A DNA stretch of 64,000 bases from Flaccisagitta enflata (taxonomy: Eukaryota): contig OZ231126.1 of NCBI GenBank assembly GCA_965153355.1, positions 48,794,001 to 48,858,000 on the forward strand, given 5' to 3'. A program made the translations under genes and the position numbers. The notes under the pieces are model-generated. The model was not told the origin of the DNA. It saw only the letters and a program-made list of their open reading frames with translations, and made no database searches. Below, one piece after another: positions 1 through 64,000 of this stretch (positions within the stretch are counted from its first letter, which is position 1; every line of letters starts with the position of its first letter).

Positions 1-1004
1 AATTTTTATCTGTTTTTTTGAATGATCTAACTACAATGTAAGAAAACATGGCGGACTCTTAATTTGACCAAGATAGTATGTGCTGATAATTAGTATGCTT
101 TGCCCCTGCCTGCTATACACTTTTTCTAGGTACTTTTTTTGCACAATACACTAAATTGTATGAATCAATTATTTGTTAATTTATTACTTTTTGTCTAGTA
201 TTGGCTAAGAAAGCATGGGAACCGAAAAAAATCAGCTAAAAGGCTGTCGTGCTCAGATTTGCTATCGTGCTTTGAATTAGCTGTGATGTCCCTAGGCTCT
301 AAGCTGCCATACATGGCTGTGAAAAAGTCATAGCAAATTTTCTTTTGAACAATATTCCCTCGGTATGTCTGTCATAATACTGATATTTTTGCAATTATAA
401 ATAATTGAAAATAATTTTTTTTTCCATTAAAACCAACAAAGGACATAACATCAATTCACCAAATTATATTTAAATATCAAGTTTGTCTTATGAAACAAAA
501 ACATTCGGATACCTCCCTCCAGGTTGGGCTGTTTTTCCACAAACCCCACTGTACGAGACCATGCAGGGCTGATAGAATTTTACGACGCGCAAAGCACAAG
601 CCATCGATGTTTAGCCGTCAATGATCAACGGTTAATTAACCATTAATATAATGATTAATCATCGATTTAGATAAATAGGATTAACAGTTAACTGTTCTTC
701 AATATTAAGTCTTTGTTATGCTATCACTTCATCAAAAAAAGAAAAGAAAAAAAAAAAAAAGATTTCATGTATTTGTCTAGATTTCATGTATTTGTCTATC
801 ATCCATGCCCGCTTTGTGCCTGGTTATCAATGACTATGTGTGTACTTGTCTTAGATTGTTTGTTATCGCCAATGCGAGTGTGTTTTGTGTGCTGGTGTGT
901 GGGTGTGTAAGTGTGTATATCACTTTGTGTGTATGTGTGTTTATCACTTCGTGTGTATGTATGAGTATTTAAGAGTGTTTTAAGTGTTTGTTTTTGAGTG
1001 TGTA

Positions 1005-1208
1005 TGTTTGCGCGCGACTCTACAATCCGCTTTGTCCGTCCGTCAGTCGGTCGGTTGGTCAATCGGTGGGTCGGTTGTTCACATTTTACTATATCTTATG
1101 ATTTTATTTTTTTGACTCCACTGCTACTGCCTAAATGGTCTAGTGACCTCAAATATGGCCCCTGCCCACCCGCACACAACTTCGGTAGCCGTGTATCCGG
1201 CCTTGTTT
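1005..1208 (+). mobile_element. DINE-1/HINE-like non-autonomous Helentron element
   Basis: gcgcgactctacaatccgc, (GTCY/GGTC)n microsatellite, cccctgcccacccgcac, 3' stem-loop gccgtgtatccggc then T-run. Confidence 0.7.
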
Positions 1209-2021
1209 TCTCTAAACAAAAAGGCAAAAGCATGAAACTTGTTTTCAATCGGAGCATTGAATTATCATTTTCTTTTACTGTTTAAAGGTTCGGTATGGCA
1301 TTGAATTTGTGCACGTCTTGACTTTTAAGCAAATTTTCTTTTTTGAGGTAGTGAAATACGAGATTCCTGTATTGTTTGTATGGTACAAAAATTATCGGTT
1401 TACGGTGATTAATACAAAATTTTGATTTGTGATTTTATTAACTGTTAGCATCGATAGCACAAGCAGAAAACTGCGTGGACAGAACGTGTTGGCTATGTAT
1501 CGACATACAATACAGCATCGAGATGCAAAACCGCATCGACATGCAAAACATATGTATATGTTAATCGGGGCTATTACACATAGTAAAGTGTACATACGTC
1601 CATAGAAAATGTAAGAATTTGTCAGGTAGGCAGTTGCACCTAGTGACCAATTGACAAATTATGAATCAATTACTGATAAGTAGAATTCTATCTATAACAA
1701 TCAGAGATCTATGCATTTTGAATGGTACAATGGCGAGAAAAATTCTCAGCGAAAGTTCTCATTTAACGGGGCAAACGATTGAATTGAGTAATTGCGCTAG
1801 TTCTCCGACATACCCTGATAAACAATCATTGACCATCGTTAAGACGCATTGTTGCCCAGGCTGTTTAACTCATTCTGTAATCTTTTCAACGACTGTTGAT
1901 ATCGCAATGGCGTTGGGCAGTGCTCAGGCGCGAAATCCAGATCAGCCAATCTAAAGGCGCAGGGAGTTTTCTCGTTCTTTCTAGCCTGGCGGATAGTGGA
2001 TGAAGTGGGGGGGATTAGGAT

Positions 2022-21279
<19,258 letters not shown>

Positions 21280-21879
21280 CGCTTCAGCTTGAAAAAAAGT
21301 TGAATGTCATCAGCCGCACCGCAGCCCAGAATCGAAACGTTATGTGCTTGGTATAGCCACAACCATCTGTAAACTAGACGTTCATCGAGTTTTGATTAGA
21401 TTCCACATTTTCGTGACGCAAAAACATTCAATCTGACTACAGTAGACATACAGTGAATCTGACTTGGTAACAAAGCGAATGACTAGTCGTGATAAAAATA
21501 CAAGTGTCCTTAATGAATCAAAACAATGTAATAATGAAATACAATTGAATATTGGTAAAGCACTGATACAAATAGTCCAGAGAATAATGTTTGTATTAGA
21601 ATCAGTGCTAAGGGGAATACGCTTCACGCATGAATACATCCAAAAACACTGCAGTACGATCCACCCATTACGATCAATGGGAAAAATCGAAAAACGTTTT
21701 TTCGCTTAGGAATTATTTTTTACCATTTTTTCTTTCTCCCCCCCCCCTCGTTCCTTCAGTGCCCCTCATGCGCGTAGTAGCAGTATTTGGAATTTTAATT
21801 CGTCATTATCGGATCCAATCAGCTTTCCACGCAGAATGACGAGAGGAATACTCGGGGACATTATAGGATCAACTATGTA

Positions 21880-22377
21880 CAGAGGGAACCATTTTAAGAG
21901 GTGAAGAGGGACCAAAAGTTATAGCAACCCCCCCCCCCCCTACAGCCCACACCAATGCTTCCTTTCTTTCACTCTGGGCAGCGGTTTATACCTTGGGTAA
22001 AATCAAATTTTTTCATCCAGGCTTTTTTTAGACCCCTCCTAGAATCGTCATAATTCACATTTTTATGGTAAAATTTGGGCATTTTCAAAACCCCAAAAAT
22101 GGGAAAACTTAAAGTTTTGAAAAGGAATTCAAAAAATCGCCTTGATGAAAAAATTTGTATTTACCTAAGGTACAAGTCACTACCCAGAGTAAACAAGGCC
22201 AAGTAGGCCAATAAGGTGCGACGTGTGGATCGTCGAAAGAATGCGTTACCAACCAACAGACCGACAGACCAACGGACACAGCCAGTTATAGAGATGCTTT
22301 GTCGCACCTAAAAAAATTAAGCAGTGATGTAAGCTGTAGGTTTGGTCCCTCCACACCTCTTATAATGGTTCCTTCTG
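21880..22377. mobile_element. TA-TSD MITE between spire and the TNFR-like gene
   Basis: TA|CAGAGGGAACCATTTTAAGAGGTG...CACCTCTTATAATGGTTCCTTCTG|TA. Confidence 0.75.
22192..22315 (-). mobile_element. Short HINE-like family (second copy at 25563-25683)
   Basis: Two near-identical ~120-bp copies with subTIR AGGTGCGAC/GTCGCACCT and GACC-type microsatellite. Confidence 0.6.
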
Positions 22378-23227
22378 TATGTTCACAAGACCAATCACTG
22401 ATAAATACCTAAGGCAAGGTGAGGAAAATGGTATGAGAGAATTAAAGACCAAATCAATGTATAAAAAATGTGTATACACGTCGACAAGACAAAGAAACAT
22501 AAATAAAACTCGACTAACGGGTAAACCGTACACGTGAACAACTCTCAGGATTTAGGAACATGAAAAAAATCGTAATTTTCTCTCATCCATGAACAAAACC
22601 AATTACGGAGTAAGGAATGCGCTAACACCATGAGAAAATTTAAACTTACGATACACATTGCTTGTAGTTTCTAGATCAAAGGAAATATAAAAGATCAAAC
22701 TTGCCAATCGGAAATCCTTACAATAAAACTAAATTGAAAGGGCCTCTCTTTTGCGATATACCAGCCGAGAGTCTGGGACATGGTCAAAATTGGTATCAAG
22801 GGCCGAATTCGCGTCAGCTTTGTAAAACTAGGTCTCTTGTTAACACCGACAGCATTTACGATTTTCTTCTAGAAAATAAATGAAGGCAATTGACAGTTCT
22901 TTTGGGAGGATTTGCGATCAGATGAGAAAATTTCCTCAATAACATCGAACCTCATAATTGTGATCTGAGAACTACAAGTGATGAGTCACGGGATAATGAC
23001 CCAAGAACAGCACGATGTTCTAAGCGGATTCCTCACTCTTCGAATGGAAAAGAAAAAAAAAATCACATTTTTGAATTTCCACATAATCCTGAGAGTTGTT
23101 GCCATACACGTCACTCTTTTTCAACGAAAAAAAAAAAAAGAGCACCAGGCGGATGAAGTAAAGGAATTCTTTTTCCATTATGTTGTCGTCGTTGTTGTCA
23201 TTGTTGATTGTGGATGGTACGCGAAGA

Positions 23228-59650
<36,423 letters not shown>

Positions 59651-59998
59651 CTTCGCCGCAGGCGCGCGACAAAGAGACGTAGGAGGGGCGCAGAACCACG
59701 GACAAGCGTCAAAGTCGCATGCGAGCGTGTAGTAGTAGTCGAGATGCGCGATGAGATTCGCAAATCCTTTTACTCACGAATCGAGAGCGTTCTTTTCACG
59801 AGTATCTAATGAAAACCGTCGGCGAACACTGGGAAATGAAATTGATTCGAGACGTTTGAATTGAAAGGTATCTTAAACTTATCACACAAGTCGAAAACTC
59901 ACTCTGAATTTCAAGTTGCTATGTTTGGATTCCAGCAGCGATAATTTTCTTTGTTTGGAGCTCCATTCATATGACAAACGGAAACGTGATAATGCATA

Positions 59999-60609
59999 CC
60001 ATCTTGGTCAAAAATATCGTCTCAGTAAAACAATGAAGTCATTTGTTGCTATTATTTTTTGCAATAAATTAAATTTTTTTTTGTAGCAATGTTTTATCTA
60101 GGCTTTCTAGGTACTAAATATCATTTGTAATCATTTGGGAAAACATAGATGGAGGATTTTTAAACAATTTTATATAACAAGTCCTTTGATTTTTATACAA
60201 TTTTTTTTTTCATTGGCATTTTCAAACCAATGTATATTCATCTTTTTATAAAATCCAAACGGTTTGAGCTAAAAAAATCTGCTTGGTGTCATTAGGCAGA
60301 TTTTTTGAAGCTCTTTCTAATGGTCACCGATTTATATATAATTTTTTCATCAGAAGCCCCAAAAAATAAAAATTAACAGATCAATATTTTTCCCTTTATT
60401 TTTTTGCATATTTTCTGTTCTTTGTTGATGTGAATGTTTTTACTCTTTTAGCTCTAAAATCTAAACGAATTTAGCTACTGAACTCTGCTTGATGGCATTT
60501 TGAAGATTCTTTGAAGCTCTTTCCAATGGTCACTGATTTTAATATGATTTTTTTAGTAGTTTATCTCAAATTAGCTATAAAGGTGAGACGATATTTTTGA
60601 CCAAGATGG
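59999..60609. mobile_element. TA-TSD MITE ~350 bp upstream of the spire start codon
   Basis: TA|CCATCTTGGTCAAAAATATCGTCTC...GAGACGATATTTTTGACCAAGATGG|TA. Confidence 0.85.
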
Positions 60610-62739
60610 TATGAAATGCGCGCATGACTATTTTTTTTTCTCTTTGAATGAAAAAGCGCAGGGAGCGCAGAGAGCTTTGATTATTAAAAAAGAAGAATTT
60701 GTTCCTTGTCCACTTGTTCGGTTACAACTCCTAGTTAGTTGGCTGGTTGCCCTCAAATGTTGTCTGTCCTTTTTCCCTCTCGATTACAGAATAGATTTTG
60801 AGCCAAAGACAAGGCGAGATTGTTGATCGTTTCTGTGCCAAAAGTTGGTTAACTTTCGGTCGCGATAAAAGAACCAGGAAAAAGAATTATAGAATTAACC
60901 TCCCAAAACATAAGCAGATAATTACTCATCCCTGATAGAGAAGTGAGATATGAACTGCAATGAACCTCCCATTCTAAGGAACCTCCCTATGACAGAAGAA
61001 AACTTAGACACCTCCCCCTGTATTACGGAGGGATCACACATTCCTTTTAACAATTTATTCCCAACACAGCTGAACCCTGATCGAACGGAACCGCCGATAA
61101 CGGACCTTCCCTATGATGGATACAAATTTATATTCACCCATGGATTCCGTCTCATTTCCCACACTGGAATGTTCAGACCGAGCATGCGACAATAACATTC
61201 CACAGCACAGCATGTAAACATTTTGAGACTATAGAGAAACCAATGGCACTTACCTAGTTTCCCTTCAAATTCTCGCGTAGAAATGAACATGTAATCATGT
61301 CACATGCCGCACAATGGACATGGCATGGTTGCTAATTTGGTCTTTGTCCTAGTGTAAGTTACGCCTAAAATCACGTAGGATCTCGCTCCTCCTTAGCCAT
61401 TGTTTCCGACGTATGTGTTTCCGACGTATGTAGTTTACATGTGATGTGTAAATTCATCCTTGCTAGAAAAAAAATCAAGTCTAGGAAATGAAGAAAAACA
61501 AGTTTACTTGGGTTTTCAAAAAAATTCAGTGATACATTTCTCCTGGAATAATGCAAGCTCCATTTCAACGGAATAAGATTCGGTGATAAAAATCAAAGAC
61601 CCAGGGATTAGTTTGAGTTTGTTCCATTCCGTGAAACCAAATTGTGTCTCCTCGGAAATGTGGGATGAAAATAACGTGGAGGGAGCAAGGCCAAGGGATG
61701 CGGTAAACGAGTCAGATCAAAATCTGACTTGGAGTTTTCTTGAGTATTTTTCCTCGTAGCGCGTCGGCAGAACGATACGACGCCAGTTGACGAGGAGGCG
61801 CCAGAATTAGACGAGGCAGTAGATGCATTCTCGTTGCGTAGTTGCGGCCTAGGGTAGCCATTACTGGCTGGATAGGCTGGATAGAGCGTGACGTTGCTGC
61901 TCCGGAACGTTGATAAAGGGTTAGGGTGGGTGGAAAAGGATCGCGATAAGTTTTACTTTTTATTGCCGTGGAATATGAGCATCGAGGACATCTAATTGAG
62001 TCATCCTTGTCCGGAAAAATGATTCAACTTTACTCGCCGCTAAATCTTAATCGTTTTCCGATAAAAGAAAAGGAGATTTACACCTTGAGTTGCAATTCCG
62101 ATTTGCCCAATTCCGATTTGCCTCATTCCGATCCTCCGACATGCATTCCGCGATGAATTCTAAATCAGAGAGTTGAGATGGAATACACAAGTACTGAACG
62201 CCGTAGATGGATCGACAGATCGTCGTAGACGGCACTACCGATCGTCGGCTAGAGCGTCGGTATGAAAACCCGAGTGATGGGTTGGTCCGCCAGTTCACTT
62301 GGGATTATTCTTGTTGGTTGGTCGACCAAACAGGTACTGATGGGTCCGTCAGTCCGTCAAAGCATCGCATTGATCAGTGGCCACGTAGGCCTGTCGATCC
62401 GACCCTTCATCTCAGTCACTCACCTTCACGTCCACGCTTTAACAGATCTCGCTCGATCTTACGCTCTTCCGCCTCTTTACTTTCATTGCAACTTTTCCTC
62501 GTTCTGCGTGAATATCCTGAGGGCGCGGCTGAATCCACGCTGGCGCCGTGACCCTCTGGGTGAGGCGACAAAAGTTATCCACAATTCAGCGTTGGAACCT
62601 TATTCAGTCAATATTGGTGGGAACTAATCGCGTGTCGAAAATAAGTACATAAGAATGATTCAAGCGTTCCACCAATCGAGAAGGTAGGAAAATTTGTTTA
62701 TTTACATCCTTTTGTCCTATCCACCAGAAAAGATAATGA

Positions 62740-62967
62740 TCAATGACCACCTCCAACCCCGTTACACCCTCCACCTCCATCATTTTTGCTTTCGTTTTTT
62801 TCGTCATCTCGCCGGTTTCCCTCGCCCCGGTTTCCCTCGCCATCTCTCGCTGCAACAAAGTCTTTCGGCGTGTGATGAGAACAATGCTCACAATCGCTAT
62901 CGCTGTCTTCGCTTTCGCTTTCACCAAACTTCAAGGGTTTCTTGTAAACGCAACAGCATTTTGATTT
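62740..62967 (-). CDS. PPP1R11: PPP1R11/Ypi1 exon 2
   Basis: ttttcag|KSKCCCVYKKPLKFGESESEDSDSDCEHC...GH*; SKCCC(I/V)Y is the inhibitor-3 signature. Confidence 0.92.
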   Translation of the reverse strand, partial: KSKCCCVYKKPLKFGESESEDSDSDCEHCSHHTPKDFVAARDGEGNRGEGNRRDDEKNESKNDGGGGCNGVGGGH

Positions 62968-63130
62968 CTGAAAAAAAGGAGAATGAAGATTGCTAAGCCG
63001 ATAAAGTGAGAGTAGTTTTGAAAATGGGCAGAGTAAAAATTTGCACAAACGCTCGCGCTGCTATCCAGAAGAAATTCGCAGGGGCGGTCAACTTTATACA
63101 CGCCTGGAAACTCGTGCTCGCCAGGGTTAC

Positions 63131-63337
63131 CTTTTTGTTCATATGCTCATTGTCGACAGTATCTTCAGTCCACTGCACTCGACGCGAAGGGGGCGGCTTT
63201 TTCAGCTTTAATTTCAACACTGCAGGTGAGGCGGCTCCTTCTCTTCCACCGGACCCTTCGACTTGGAGGACAGTTTGTGACCCGGATGCGCTAGTAGCCA
63301 TAGTTTTGGGAGCGATGCCAGCGTCAGAGTCGGGCAT
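63131..63337 (-). CDS. PPP1R11: Protein phosphatase 1 inhibitor-3 (PPP1R11/Ypi1) exon 1
   Basis: LKLKLKK...RRVQWTEDTVDNEHMNKK (RVxW PP1-docking motif of inhibitor-3); donor AAG|gtaac. Confidence 0.92.
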
Positions 63338-63558
63338 AACCTCGCATTTAAGTGTTTAGAAATTCAGAAAGCTATGATCCACGCGAGGGTTTTTGTCAAT
63401 TCAGCTTGTTGACCCAATACGGCGGTAAAATTAGTTGATGTGAGCTAAAAAATTAACCATACAAATTTTCCACTGAGGAATGAGTTGGAAACGACGACGG
63501 TAATAGCGGAAAACAAATGACAATTCTACATTTACACTGGAATTGGCAATTCCAAGCG

Positions 63559-64000
63559 TCATGAGATCACATTGTACGCGACGTCTAATTCGAAATGGGT
63601 TTGAATTACGCCTCTGCATACTGGACATCGTCGATCTCTCAGTCGCTCAAGACACGGAGGGCAAAGCGCGGCGTGACGGCAGGGCAACGTCACGACGGTA
63701 ACTGGAAGCGAGAGGCACACGGAACAATCTTCCGATCGTCGCGGAAATGAGGGCGAGGTTGGGGAAGATTCGTGGCTTTTGGGGGAGGCATAGGAAGACG
63801 ATAGATCGAAGTCAGAAAGCGAATCGCTTGACGTAGAGTCCATTAACGTCGACCGTTCATGGCGGTTATTTCCTTCTGCGGCGTCAATACGGGAAGCAGT
63901 CTCCGAGATAGATTCCGTTGTAGCATCCAAAATTCCGGAATCGGCGGAGGTTGGGATCGCAGGTACGTCGTTTAAACATTGTGGACTTTCCAGTTCAGTT
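63559..64000 (-). CDS. 3' exon of a C-terminal RING-HC (C3HC4) E3 ubiquitin ligase, possibly CGRRF1-like; 5'-partial
   Basis: CSVCLSLPVTVVTLPCRHAALCPPCLERLRDRRCPVCRGVIQTHF; the frame stays open to the window edge. Confidence 0.85.
   Translation of the reverse strand, partial: TELESPQCLNDVPAIPTSADSGILDATTESISETASRIDAAEGNNRHERSTLMDSTSSDSLSDFDLSSSYASPKSHESSPTSPSFPRRSEDCSVCLSLPVTVVTLPCRHAALCPPCLERLRDRRCPVCRGVIQTHFELDVAYNVIS

Noticed and set aside
61905..61935. ACCCTAACCCT on the minus strand as a possible telomerase RNA template
   Set aside because: A single 11-mer; no convincing pseudoknot, CR4/5 or H/ACA elements found by eye.

Overview
Repeat-rich animal (invertebrate-type) genomic DNA with spliceosomal GT-AG introns. 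I reconstructed four co-oriented minus-strand genes by hand from splice sites and reading phase. (1) The 3' end of a C-terminal RING-HC (C3HC4) E3 ligase, 63559->64000, open at the window edge. (2) A two-exon PP1 inhibitor-3/PPP1R11 homolog, 62740-63337. (3) A complete 17-exon spire actin-nucleator gene, 23228-59650, about 981 aa, with KIND, four WH2, Spir-box, modified FYVE and an FSI-like tail. (4) A five-exon, about 375 aa type-I membrane protein, 2022-21279, with signal peptide, one 8-Cys domain, coiled coil, TM and cytoplasmic tail; it resembles Grindelwald-type TNF receptors and does not appear as a single ORF. The introns are packed with non-autonomous DNA elements: DINE-1/HINE-like Helentron derivatives, hAT elements with 8-bp TSDs, TA-TSD MITEs and a Chapaev-type element. 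The main non-coding structure is in spire intron 6: a four-level nested insertion of about 15 kb holding two foldback-like elements built from inverted 12-bp minisatellite arrays. Most long ORFs in the supplied track are repeat artefacts. No transposase, viral gene, rRNA or CRISPR array was recognised.
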